From: Centroscyllium fabricii
Taxonomy: Eukaryota
Assembly: GCA_051313645.2 (NCBI GenBank)
Contig: JBNRSN020000035.1
Coordinates: 18,848,001-18,912,000, forward strand
Length of the DNA stretch: 64,000 nt
Reading direction: 5' to 3'
This document shows positions 50,024-61,991 of this stretch, piece by piece. A program made the position numbers and the translations under genes. Each line of letters begins with the position of its first letter. Position 1 is the first letter of the stretch. The notes beneath the pieces are model-generated. The model made no database searches, had not been told where the DNA came from, and was given only the letters and a program-made list of their open reading frames with translations.

Positions 50024-50988
50024 ACAATCCCACCCAGGACCCGTTGCAGAAGACCCTACACCCCCTTCTGTTTGATTTTCTAACTGCTGTATCTTTTTCT
50101 TAAATGCTGCCGATGAATTTAAAAAAAACATCTTGTGTGACCACTTTCCACTAGCACTGCGTACTCAAGGTCGAGTTTAATGGCATTCCTGTAGTGAGTA
50201 GTGCTGTGGTGTGCAATGCTTCAATGTGACATTCAGGATCCAGACTTGGAATTCCAACACCATTGACTGACCAGCACGGGCTACCTTCTTGCCCAAATAA
50301 TCTGTTGGTGGCTTTTGATATGGCAGAGCGCCCAATTCAGATAATTCTGCATAGTCATAATTGTATAAAATGTTAAATTATTGCGCTTGTGACTCCGAGG
50401 TAGTGGACAGAGGCCTTGATAGTCAGCAGTGTTCTACTGACCAAATAAAGAGCCGTGTATTGGTAAGATGGTGGCTGTACTGACACCAGATCACAACAGA
50501 GCAACTTGGTGTTGGCTTGTATTGAAGGTTTATTTTTTCTCTTTCCCATCCATTTGGCCATTTTGGCTGTTCGTGCTCCAACACTAGATCGGAACTTTTT
50601 GGTAGCTTTTCTTTTTACCAAACTGGGGAGGGAAGATTCCAAGCTGTGTGTTGTTAGCACCTTCAACGGTTCCTTTTTAAATTTGTTTTTAATAGTGTGC
50701 CGAAATAAACACTTGGTATTCTGGTTCCTGTAATCCACTTTATAATGGTCATTTTTGCCTGGCAGTTGTGAATGCTTTAATCTCTCCGTCTGTAATGTAG
50801 AATCTTGCCAATGAGTTTCTTGGCAGAGTTGTCTAGGAGTGAAGCTTTGTTCTAAAATGTATTTCTGCTTTTCCCAGTTTAGTTTTATATAATTGTGTGA
50901 ATTATTTTAAGATACCATGTTTTGTACTTCTTTTTCCCCCTGTATTAGTTGAACAGTATTGCAGTTGAGCTTCCTCTCAAAGTGGTTG

Positions 50989-50994
50989 AATAAA
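50989..50994 (+). terminator. ILF3/NF110 poly(A) signal
   Basis: AATAAA after about 1 kb of AU-rich 3' UTR, followed by GT-rich downstream sequence. Confidence 0.7.
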
Positions 50995-51731
50995 ATGTTT
51001 ATAAAGTAAAACAATTGCTGTGATTTGATTGTCTTTGCCTTGACGCTCCTTCCCTCTTCTGAAGGTGGTTTATGAGCAGAGGGTGAGTGGCCTGGATGTG
51101 GGATGAAGCCTCTTGGTGTGGGCAAGGCTGCATTTCCTGCCCAGCGCGAGGGACTGCTGCCTCAATTGCTTTCAGTGCTGGTGCTAGATGTGCAAGTTAG
51201 AATGATGCTTGACCTGGTGCTGGTGTTCCCATGATGCTGCTCTTGTCATCACCAGGCTGGGAGCTGCTTTTAATGAAAGGACCCTCGAGTAGGCAGAGCT
51301 CAATGAGCACGATGAGAGGAATCTGGTCAGTGTGAACGTGGTTTTGGTATGACAGCATGTTGTGTCAAAACCCCCGCCCAAAAAACAACACAACACAAGA
51401 TTAATAATATCTCTTGCTGAAACTGTGGTTACAAATATAAATGGATAATTTACATTCTAGTTTTATTTTAGGTCTTCCAGTACTGCTGTGCATGCTAGGC
51501 CATACCACCACGGTCTTCTGTCTCGCTCTCAGCAGCAAGAGAAATACTGGAAGTACCAAGAGGCAGAGGGTGCGTGATGGCCATCTCCTGTCAGAGCTGG
51601 TGGGCAGAGGGGCTGTGTGTCTACTGCTGGCCTAAGAGGTGATGGCATTGACTGAACCAATAGCTGAGATTAGAGCTGTGTTGCTGAATAAAGTGACTCA
51701 CTAATAATCAGACTGTTTAAAAAATATATTT

Positions 51732-51737
51732 TTTAAT
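51732..51737 (-). terminator. Candidate KCNT poly(A) signal (ATTAAA on the minus strand)
   Basis: Plus-strand TTTAAT, downstream on the minus strand of a UGUA/U-rich tract at 51780-51825. Confidence 0.45.
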
Positions 51738-51854
51738 AAATTTTTTGGGACATGGACACAAAGGAAGCTTCATTCAGCTAAACATGACAAATAAAATATA
51801 CATAGACACATACATAAATACAATCCCTTTTGGTTCATGCACAGAAAGTAGAAG

Positions 51855-51949
51855 CAATACTACTGACAGTCTCTATCGGGAGGGGCAATACTACTGACAG
51901 TCTCTATCGGGAGGGGCAATACTACTGACCGTCTCTATCGGGAGGGGCA
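51855..51949 (+). repeat. Three copies of a 31-bp unit CAATACTACTGACAGTCTCTATCGGGAGGGG in the KCNT 3' UTR
   Basis: Direct repetition. Confidence 0.9.
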
Positions 51950-51970
51950 GCGGTCGGTGGTGGGCGTGTC

Positions 51971-52082
51971 TCACAGGTGAGTGTTATCCTTCGTCTCGTG
52001 GCTGCCCTTCGCCATCCTGTTGAAGCTGCTCTTTCAACTGGTGCTGGAGACCTGAGCGAGCGGGTCGGGACGGACCAAATAT
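51971..52082 (-). CDS. KCNT1/KCNT2: KCNT (Slo2) terminal exon with in-frame TGA at 52034-52036
   Basis: (V)YLVRPDPLAQVSSTS*KSSFNRMAKGSHETKDNTHL*, versus recalled KCNT1 [21 protein letters not shown]...ETRDETQL. Confidence 0.85.
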
Positions 52083-52343
52083 CTAATTTGAAAAGATGAA
52101 AGAAAATTCCTGAGTGTCACACAGGCAAAACATGAGCTCAGCCTCTGATACCATCCACATCATCTCCAAGACCGAGAGCGAGCTGTGCAGAGCGAGATCG
52201 GAGAGGTAACCGATAGTAGGAAGTTATAGGGCACCCGCGTTGAAGATCTCGTTGGTTCCTCTTGCTATTGGTGATTTATTATGAAATTAACATTTATCCC
52301 AAATGTAGATTTTACTTCCCTCCCCACTCTGCCAGTCACTCAC

Positions 52344-52428
52344 ACAATATCGTTGAGCTCAAGTTGTGTGTCGGGGCTAGGGTTGATGAGTATGTAGGAG
52401 ACGGTGTTGTCCTGGTCCTTCAGTTCAG
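52344..52428 (-). CDS. KCNT1/KCNT2: KCNT (Slo2) exon
   Basis: (S)[28 protein letters not shown]; TTTCAG| acceptor, |GTGAGT donor. Confidence 0.93.
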
Positions 52429-52913
52429 CTGAAAGAACAACAGAAAATACGAGTTACTGTGATATCACCGCACTAGACATGAACAATTATAAATTGTCGT
52501 TCTGCATTTTTGACAGATTATTCCCGAATAGTGAATTTTTATTTTAAATGTCAGTGTCAAATTCTTTCCCTGCATGAGTTGAGTTGCCCCAGGACACCAG
52601 CCACCCTCTGGTATCTAACCCAAGTTCCCAATCTTCATGTATGAGCACTGCTAGCTATTTGATGATGTGGGGCATCACAGCTGATTCCTTCCTTGTCAGG
52701 TTTCCAGCAGGAATCTCTGGATAATCAGGAGCCGGGACCCAGTCCGCCGTCATTGCCTGCTGAGATCCACTAACTCAGTACAGACTGGCGTTCAAACTTG
52801 GGCCTTTCATCGTCTGCATTGAACTCCCTAGATGATTTTTACCAACTGAGTGATTGGTTGTGGGGTTGAGGGGTGAATTGTTTTAGAAATTGCTGATAGA
52901 CAGCAACACGTAC

Positions 52914-53217
52914 AGTAACCGGCCACTGACAGTCCCAGATGCTTCATTCGGTTCCTCACTAAGGCGTTTAGCTCCTGTCGCTCTGACCTCCTGTACAGGG
53001 TCATGCGTTGTTGGCTGATTCTCTCTGCCGCACTTTTACTCGGATTCCTTGTCCCCTTCCTGCTCAGCCGCCTCGCCCACTGCATGCTTTTACGTCTCAA
53101 TAACGGGTGATCTAATTGGTCGCTGGAGGTGGAGTTCCTGTGATTGGTGTGACAGATGATTGGCTCTCGAGGGTCTTTGTTGTCCTCACTCTCTTCTATA
53201 TTGATGGAGACCTGGGA
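52914..53217 (-). CDS. KCNT1/KCNT2: KCNT (Slo2) exon
   Basis: [12 protein letters not shown]...[30 protein letters not shown]...[28 protein letters not shown]; phase 0 to 1. Confidence 0.95.
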
Positions 53218-53464
53218 CTGTCAGAAATGTGGGAGAGAATGTTTAACTATTGGTTCACACATACACACACCTATACAGACATGTACACCAGTGCGGGAGC
53301 ATTCAGGGAGAAGGCCCATCACCACCACCTCAAGGCAACTAAGGAGGACAATAAATGTGACCTTGCCAGTGACACCCACATCTTGAACAAATTTGAAATA
53401 CGTACGTACACATCGGCACATGTGTGTGTGCACGTTTATATACATGGCAATAATTTGAATTTAG

Positions 53465-54035
53465 CAAGTTGTGTAAATGAGAGCAGGAGGTTACAAAGTG
53501 GCATTGACAGATTAAATGACTGAACTCCATCTGCCATTTTTGCCCAATGTGGGTGAAAGTATGAAGTCATCCACTTTGGATCTGAGACAAATCAGAATAT
53601 TTTCTCAATGGGGACAGATCATTGTGGTGGAGCAAAGGGATTTGGGTGTCCATGTACACCAATCACTAAAAGCTAATAGTTGTTGGCTTTTTGCTCAGAG
53701 GGGCTAAGATACAAAGGGCAGGAAGTTATGCTTTAGTTGTACAGAGCAGTTAGACCCCATCAGAAATACTACATTCAGTTCTGGGCATCTCACCTCAGGA
53801 AGGCTAGATTGGCCTGGGTGTGGGTGCAACACAAATTCACCAGACTGATACCAGAGCTTAAAGGGTTAAACTGAGGGCCGGTTGCATAAACTTGGCTTGT
53901 TCCCTTGTTTGCATGGTTGAGGGATGATCTGATCGAGGTGTTTGAAATGATAAAAGGGATTATAGACGGTGGGTAGATACACAGAAACTACTTCCAGTGG
54001 TGGTGGAATCCAGAATACTTAGAGGACACCATTCG
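53465..54035 (+). mobile_element. Old CR1 3' fragment, host of the younger CR1 insertion; appears to resume at about 58808-59020
   Basis: EQRDLGVHVHQSLK and LRDDLIEVF-like motifs. Confidence 0.7.
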
Positions 54036-54039
54036 AGTG

Positions 54040-57000
54040 AGGCCAGAGCGGAGAGCGGGATCTCCGAGCGGTACAAAGTCGGCGGCAGTAACAAGAGGCC
54101 CGAGACCAGAGCGGAGAGCGGGATCTCCGAGCGGTATAAAGTCGTCGGCAGCAGCGAGAGGCAAGCCGAGACCAGTGCGGAGAGCGGGATCTCCGAGCGG
54201 TATAAAGTCGGCGGCAGCAGCGAGAGGCCCGAGACCCATTCAGCCGCGGGCAGGGAGCTAAAAAATAATCAAAGGGTGATGTCACTAGAAAGCAGGTCAG
54301 TGATTGGCTGGTGAGTATTTTCTCTCTCAATTCTTTTAAACGTAAATTTTTGTGGTTTCTTAAGATTAAGGTTACTTGAGCAGTTTAAGTAAAGGGGAAA
54401 AGTTAACTGTTTGGGATTCTGTTGGTTTAAGATGGGTAAAATAAGGTAACACTGCAATAGGAGTTAATTGGCACAGCAGGCAGTGAAAACCAGTTCTGTA
54501 CCCAATCAGCAGGGGTGACTCATTTTCTGTGTAGAGTGACTGTTGGTAAACCAGTTAACTGGTGTAATCAGAGGGGTTGATTGATTTTATATAAATCCTA
54601 TTAAGTAAAGGGGATACTAGCATCTATATTCGGGCACAGGGTGTCCATAATTAACAATAAAACATTTAATTAATTACATAGAATGGAGCAGGTGATGTGT
54701 TACCGTTGCGAGATGTGGGAACCGGTGGACCCCACTGAGGCTCACGGTGACTATATCTGTGACCAGTGTCTGCTGCTACAGGAACTGCAGCTCCGTGTTG
54801 ATGAGCTGGAGTCTGAGCTTCAGACACTGCGACACATCAGGAAGGGGGAGAAGTACCTGGACTCTGTTCGAGGAGGTGGTCACACCTATGAGGTTAATTC
54901 AGATGCAGCCCATGGTCAGGGACAGGACGGTGTGACCATGAGTGAGACAGGTAGTGGGATCCAGGAGGTAGTGTTGGAGGAGTCGCAGCCCCTGCTCTTG
55001 TCCAACAGGTTCGAGGTTCTTACTCCCTGTGGCGACAGGAGCAGGGACTGCAGGGAGGATGAGCAACCTGGCCACAGCACCGTGGAACGGGGGGCCATTC
55101 AAGAGGGGGGAATAAGTAGAAACGTTGTAGTGGTAGGGGACAGTATAATTAGGGGGATAGATAGGGTTCTTTGCAGCTGAGAGCGAGAGTCCCGAAGGCT
55201 GTGTTGCTTACCCGGTGCCAGGGTTAAGGACGACATCTCTGGGCTGGAAAGAAACTTGCAGTGGGAGGGGGTGGATCCAGTGTCGTGGTCCATGTTGGAA
55301 CAAACAACGTAGATAGGACTAGGAAAGAGGTTCTGTTAAAGGAGTACGAGCAGCTAGGGGTTAAATTAAAAAACAACCTCAAGGGGAATAATCTCTGGAT
55401 TACTACCAGAGCCACGAGCAAATTTGGCTAGGACAAATTAAATTAGAGAATTGAATGCGTGGTTCAAAGACTGGTGTGGAGAAATGGGTTTTGCTTACTG
55501 GGACAGGAGGGAGCTGTTCCGGCGGGACGGGCTCCACATGGCCAGTCTAGAGTCCTGGTGAATCATATAACTAGGGCTGTAAAGAGGGCTTTAAACTAAC
55601 TAGTGGGGGTGAGGTACCTGGAGAGCAAATAATAAAAATAACAGAGAAGGTCATAGACTTAGGTAGCAGTGGGGAAGTTAAAAAACAGAGCGTGTCAGGA
55701 AGGGACAGAAGGTAGGGCGAAAAAGGTAAAGTAATAAAAAAGGAAAAAGCAGGAACAAAGTGTCACAAAACATATTTGAAAGTTCTCTATCTGAATGCAC
55801 GTAGCATTCGTAACAAAATAGACGAGTTAATGGCACAAATAACTACATATGGGTATGATCTTGTGGCCATTACGGAAACATGGCTGCAGGGTGACAATGC
55901 CTGGGAATTAAACATACCAGGTTATTTTAACGATCAGGAAGGACAGGCAGGAAGGAAGGTGGGGTGGCTATGTTAAAGGAAGGAATCGCTGTAATACAGA
56001 GAAATGATATTGGGTCAAAAGATCAGGATAATGAAACAGTTTAGGTGGAGATGAGGAATAATAAGGGGGAAAAAACGCTAGTGGGCGTAGTCTATAGGCC
56101 TCCGAATAGTTGCAACTCTGTTGGACAGAGTATAAATCAAGAAATAGTTGAGGCTTGTAATAAGGGAACATCTATAATTATGGGGGATTTTAACTATCAT
56201 ATAAATTGGACAAATCAAATTGGGCAGGGCTGCCTTGAGGATGAGTTCATTGAGTATATTAGGGATGGGTTTCTTGAGCACTATGTAACTGAACCGACCA
56301 GGGGGCAAGCAACCTTCGATCTGGTCCTGTGTAACGAGACAGGATTAATTAAAAATGTCCTAGTAAAGGATCCCCTTGGAATGAGTGACCATAACATGGT
56401 TGAATTCCATATTCAATTAGAGGGCGAGAAGGTTGGATCTCAAACAAGCGTGCTAAGCATGAATAAAGGAGACTGAAGGTATGAGAGAGGAATTGATTAG
56501 AGTGGATTGGGAAAACAGATTAAAGGGTAAGACGCTACACAATCAGTGGTGTACATTTAAGGAGTTAAATTAAACAACTTTTAATTTAAACAACTTCCAA
56601 AAAATATATATTCCACTCAGAAGAAAAGGGTGTAAAAGAAAAGACAGCCATCTGTGGCTAAGCAAAGAAATTAAGGATAATATTCGACAAAAAACAAGGG
56701 CATATAAGGTAGCCAAATCTAGTGGGAGGATGGGGAAACTTTAAAAGACAGCAAAAAACAACAAAAAGATTGATTAAGAAAGGGAAGATAGATTATGAAA
56801 GTAAATGAGCAAAAAATATAAAAACAGATAGTAAGAGTTTCTATAGTTATATAAAAAGAAAAAGGGTGGCTAAAGTAAATGTTGGTCCCCTAGAGGATGA
56901 GACCGGGAAATTAATGGTGGGAAATATGGAGATGGCAAAAACATTGAATATTTTGTATCAGTCTTTACAGTGGCAGACACTAAGAATATCCCAACACTGG

Positions 57001-58806
57001 ACAAACGGGACTATGGGGGGAGGGGGGGGAGGAGCTAAACACGATCAAAATCACTAAGGAAGTGGTACTCGGTAAAATAATGGGGCTCAAGGCGGATAAA
57101 TCACCTGGACCTGATGGCTTACATCCTAGGGTCTTGAGGGAAGTGGCGTTAGGGATTGTGGATGCATTGGTAATCATTTTCCAAAACTCTCTGGACTCGG
57201 CAACGGTCCCGGCAGACTGGAAAATTGCTAATGTAACACTGTTATTTAAGAAGGGCAGTAGACAGAAGGCTGGAAACTATAGCCTAACAACTGTTGTGGG
57301 TAAAATTTTGGAGTCCATTATTAAGGAGACAGTAACAGGACATTTGGATAAACATAATCAAATAGGACAAAGTCAGCATGGTTTTATGAAGGGGAAGTCT
57401 TGTTTGACAAATTTGTTGGAGTTCTTTGAGGAAGTAACATATAGGGTGGATAAAGGGGAACCAGTGGACGTAGTGTATTTAGACTTTCAAAAGGCATTTG
57501 ACAAGGTGCCATACAAAAGATTATTGCTTAAAATAAAAATCACGGAATTGGGGGTAATATTCTGGCATGGATAGAGGATTGGCTATCTAACAGAAGGCAG
57601 AGAGTTGGGATAAATGGCTCATTCTCAGACTGGCAATCGGTAACTAGTGGTGTTCCGCAGGGGTCAGTGCTGGGTACCCAACTCTTTAACGATTTGGAGG
57701 AGGGGACGATTTGGAGGAGGGAACCGAGTGTAACATATCAAAGTTTGCAGATGATACTAAGATGGAAGGGAAAGTAGTGAGGGAGGAGGACATAAAAAAC
57801 CTGCAAGGCAACATAGACAGGCTAAGTAAGTGGGCAGAGATTTGGCAGATGGAATACAATACTGGAAGTGTGAGGTTGTGCACTTTGGCAGGAAAAACCG
57901 TAGAACAAGTTGTTATCTTAATGGCAAGAAACTGGAAAGTACTGTAGTACAAAGGGATCTGGGGGTCCTGGTGCACGAAACTCAAAAGGTTAGTATGCAG
58001 GTGCAGCAAGTGATTAAGAAGGCCAATGGAATGTTGGCTTTCATTGCTAGGGAGATAGAATATAAAAATAGCGAGGTATTGCTTCAGTTGTACAAGGTGT
58101 TGGTGAGACCGCACCTGGAATACTGCATACAGTTTTGGTGTCCATACTTAAGAAAGGACATACTCGCTCTCGAGTCAGTACAAAGACGGTTCACTCAGTT
58201 AATCCCAGGGATGAGGGGTTGGACATATGAGGAGAGGTTGAGTAGATTGGGACTCTACTCATTGGAGTTCAGAAGAATTAGGGACGATCTTATTGAAACA
58301 CAAGATTATGAAGGGGTTGGATCGGGTGGACGCGGGGAGGATGTTCCCAATGATGTTTGAAACTAGAACTCGGGGGCATAATCTTAGAATAAGGGGCTGC
58401 TCTTTCAAAACAAATGAGGAGAAACTACTTCACTCAGAGGGTGGTAGGCCCATGGAACATGCTACCCCAAAAAGCTGTAGAAGCTACATCATTACATAAA
58501 TTTAAAACAGAAATAGACAGCTTTCTAGTAGTAAAAGGGATTAAGGGTTACGGGGAGCGGGCAGGAATTTGGACATGAGTCTAGGTTCAGATCGGTCATG
58601 GCCCTGTGGGTAGTGGAGTGGGCCCAGGGACCGTGTAGCCTGATCCTGCTCCTATTTCATGTGTCTAATTCTGTTAGATTCAGGAGATGGTTCTGTGATA
58701 GTAGATTGGTGGTTAGGATCAGATCAGCCATGATCTTATTGAATGGCGGAGCAGGCTCGAGGGGCCAATTGGCCGACTCCTGCTCCTATTTCTTATGTTC
58801 TTATGT
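54040..58806 (+). mobile_element. Near full-length decayed CR1 LINE: tandem-repeat 5' UTR, ORF1 (Cys finger, coiled coil, SGNH esterase) and ORF2 (APE endonuclease and RT)
   Basis: ORF1 CYRCEMW..YICDQC..VVVGDSIIR; ORF2 LYLNARSI, AITETW, MGDFN, SDHNMV, YLDFQKAFDKV, FADD; many frameshifts and stops. Confidence 0.93.
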
Positions 58807-59082
58807 AAGTGAGATCAGGAAGCTCTTTCTCACACAGGTTAGTGGAAAACTGAAATTCTGCCCCCACACGACTGTGGTTGTTGGTGCTTTTGATGATGAG
58901 ACCGATAAGATTTTGGATCAAAGATGGGTAAATCGGCTGAGGTGTACAGATCAGCCATGATCTGATTGAATGGTGAATCAGCTCTGGGAGCTAAATGACC
59001 TCCTTCCTGGTTCCTATGTAACACCTTTAGCCTAAGTCCCAAGATAAAGAAATGCATCAGGGTAACCAGCTGCACTTAAAAC

Positions 59083-59768
59083 TCCCCATCTCTCCTCTCG
59101 GCACCAACTCTCCCTAGGGTACAGTTCCCCATCTCTCCTCTCAGCACTGACTCTTCCTGGGGTACACTTCCCCATCTCTCCTCTCGGCACTGACTCTTCC
59201 TGGGGTACAGTTCCCCATCTCTCCTCTCGACACTGACTCTCCCTGGGGTACAGTTCCCCTCCTCTCCTGAAGACACTGACTCTCCCTGGGGTACAGTTCC
59301 CCTCCTCTCCTGAAGACGTTGACTCTCCCTGGGGTACAGTTCCCCTCCTCTCCTGAAGACGCTGACTCTCCCTGGGGTACAGTTCCCCTCCTCTCCTGAA
59401 GACACTGACTCTCCCTGGGGTACAGTTCCCCTCCTCTCCTGAAGACGCTGACTCTCCCTGGGGTACAGTTCCCCTCCTCTCCTGAAGACGCTGACTCTCC
59501 CTGGGGTACAGTTCCCTTCCTCTCCTGAAGACACTGACTCTCCCTGGGGTACAGTTCCCCTCCTCTCCTGAAGACGCTGACTCTCCCTGGGGTACAGTTT
59601 CCCTCTTCTCCTGAAGACGCTGACTCTCCCTGGGGTACAGTTCCCCTCCTCTCCTGAAGACGCTGACTCTCCCTGGGGTACAGTTCCCCTCCTCTCCTGA
59701 AGACGCTGACTCTCCCTGGGGTACAGTTCCCCTCCTCTCCTGAATGTGCTGACTCTCCCTCGGGTACA
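59083..59768 (+). repeat. Minisatellite, 42/43-bp unit GACTCTCCCTGGGGTACAGTTCCCCTCCTCTCCTGAAGACGCT
   Basis: About 16 tandem units; period 43 (59321 to 59364). Confidence 0.97.
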
Positions 59769-59936
59769 ATTCCACTATTGCTGGGTTTACCCCAACACCT
59801 CGCACATGTGACCATTCCTTTGTGAACTGCAGTTATGAGGGGGCAATTCAGACTGTTAAGAATGAGGAAAGACCATGATTGCAGGGGTGGTGCACGTTAG
59901 TGAGAAGGTAAGTGATTGGCATTGCACGTTTCTGAC

Positions 59937-60065
59937 CTGAGTTGTGCTGAAGAGGTGGGTCTCGGTGCGGTAGATTCCAATGGGGATATCTCCCGTCGAA
60001 GAGCACAGCTTCTGATGCAGCCTCCCGTATGACCTGATCCACAGATCCTCCTCCGTCATCCTCAT
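59937..60065 (-). CDS. KCNT1/KCNT2: KCNT (Slo2) exon (RCK2 region)
   Basis: MRMTEEDLWIRSYGRLHQKLCSSTGDIPIGIYRTETHLFSTTQ; CTGCAG| acceptor, |GTCAGA donor. Confidence 0.95.
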
Positions 60066-60426
60066 CTGCAGTAAAGGGTTAATATGTTTAGTGGTTTATA
60101 TCCCGTGAGCCTTTGCCTGAACATCAAATTGTGATTAGACCAAATGCCAACCCTTAGTCTAAAATAATGAAATCTGTGAAGCCCTAAATTCTAATGGTGA
60201 ATGAAATGGCCATTCCATAAAACCATTGAGCAGCGAACAGGCACTGCCTCAGCTCACATGCAGTTGGGGGCAGGGTCTGCAATTCTCTTTCCCCCCCCCC
60301 CCCCCCCCCCCCCCGGGGAGGGAGCCCTAATCGCCTTTCAGTGGGGCAGAGGGGGGGGGGTCCCTAATCTCCCTCTGTGGGGGTGGGGTCTGATGCTGAA
60401 ACTCTCTCAGAATTGTTGATACTTAC

Positions 60427-60510
60427 AGCACAGAGGAATCCTGAGCCAGGGGTGGAGTCGAGTCCCAGAAGCAGGCGAGTGATGGAGATCATATAATCCT
60501 TCACAAAGGA
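60427..60510 (-). CDS. KCNT1/KCNT2: KCNT (Slo2) exon (RCK2 region); upstream exons presumably lie beyond the window
   Basis: [28 protein letters not shown]; CCGCAG| acceptor, |GTAAGT donor. Confidence 0.95.
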
Positions 60511-61039
60511 CTGCGGAGAGTAAAGCCGGGATTAGTGGAGGCCCAGGGACTGTGGGTAAACATCGCAAACAGTCTCCACAACAGCACTGACAGTCCGTTT
60601 CCATTCACCTTTAGACAGGAGTGAGTGTTTCCCTTCTCATCACAGACACTTGACTGAGGATTATCTCTGGGGTTCAGGGCTGTAAATGGATTGACTGGTG
60701 CAGTCAAAACAGTGATTCAGAGCTGACCATGCAGACAGTTCGGGCTTGTACATCCGTCAGGTTAGTGCTCACCTTCAAGGAGCGGGCAGGGGAAGGCACT
60801 AAGTGCTTGTACCCTAAGGTCACAAACTTTATGCTTGTGTTTCTATGTATGGACCTTGAGAATGTGAGTCGACAGTGTGTAAGATGCTCGGATTCATCCC
60901 TTCCCAGTTTTTCTCTTCTCTAGCAGATTTCACTGAGGTGAGAAGTTCCTGGTGGAGAGTGGAGGTGAGCAATGGGAGTCAAACAGAACATCTTGGTGTG
61001 AAAGGAACCGAGGGCGACAGGGAATGTGAGCATTGCAGG

Positions 61040-61990
61040 TGCTTCATTCATGATCTTCCAAAACTCTCATGATTAAGGAATTGTCCCCTTGGATTGGAAG
61101 ATTGCCAGTGTCACTCCATTATTGAAGGGTGGGGGAGAGACCAGGAAATTATAGGCTTATTAGACTAACGTCTGTTGTGGGGAAGTTAATGGAATCTGTT
61201 ATTAGGGACAGAGTGACTGAGCACTTGGATAAATATGAGCTGATCAGAGAGGCATGATGGATTTGTAAAGGCTAAGTCATGGCTAATTACTAGTTGAATT
61301 TTTGGAGGAGGTAACAACGTGGTAGATAAGGGAGTGTCTAAGAAACATTATTTATATGGACTTTAAGGCAGTATTTGACAAGGTTCCAAATAAGAGGCTT
61401 AGTAAAAATGAGTGCATGGAATTGGGGGCAACCTATTGGCTTGTATAGGGAATTGGTTAGAAGATACGAGACCGAGTAGGGCTAATGGGTATGTACTGAA
61501 CTAGTGGTGTCCCCCAGGGATCCACACTGGCGCCTCAGCCTTTCACTATAAATGACATGGATGAAGGAACAGAGCCATATCCAGCTTTGCTGACGTCACT
61601 AAGTTAGGTGGCACAGTGAATGGGAGCAGTAAGTTACAATGGGACATTGCTAGATTCAGTGAGTGGGCAAAACCGGCAGAGGGAGTTCAATGTGGGGAAG
61701 TGTGAAGTCACCCACTTTGGACCTAAGAAAGACAGATCAGATTATTTTCTAAATGGCAAACGTAGGAGCTGTGGATGAGCAGAGAGATTGAGGGGTCCAA
61801 GTACTGAAATCACTAAAAGCTAGTGGACAGGTACAAATAATAATTTAAAAGGCTGGTGAAATTTTGGCCTTTATCTCCAGTGGGCTGGATTACAAAGGGG
61901 GAGGAAGTTATGTTACAGCCGTACAGAGCACGGGTTAGATCCCCATCTGGACACTGCATTCCGTTCTGGGCAACGCATCTCAGGAAGGAT
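61040..61990 (+). mobile_element. Old CR1 RT fragment
   Basis: Remnants of DWKIA, FDKVP, GVPQGS and FADxTKLGG motifs. Confidence 0.75.
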
Positions 61991-61991
61991 A

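Noticed and set aside
52034-52036. Selenocysteine recoding of the KCNT TGA
   Set aside because: The position aligns with Arg, not Cys, and I see no SECIS-like element in the short 3' UTR.
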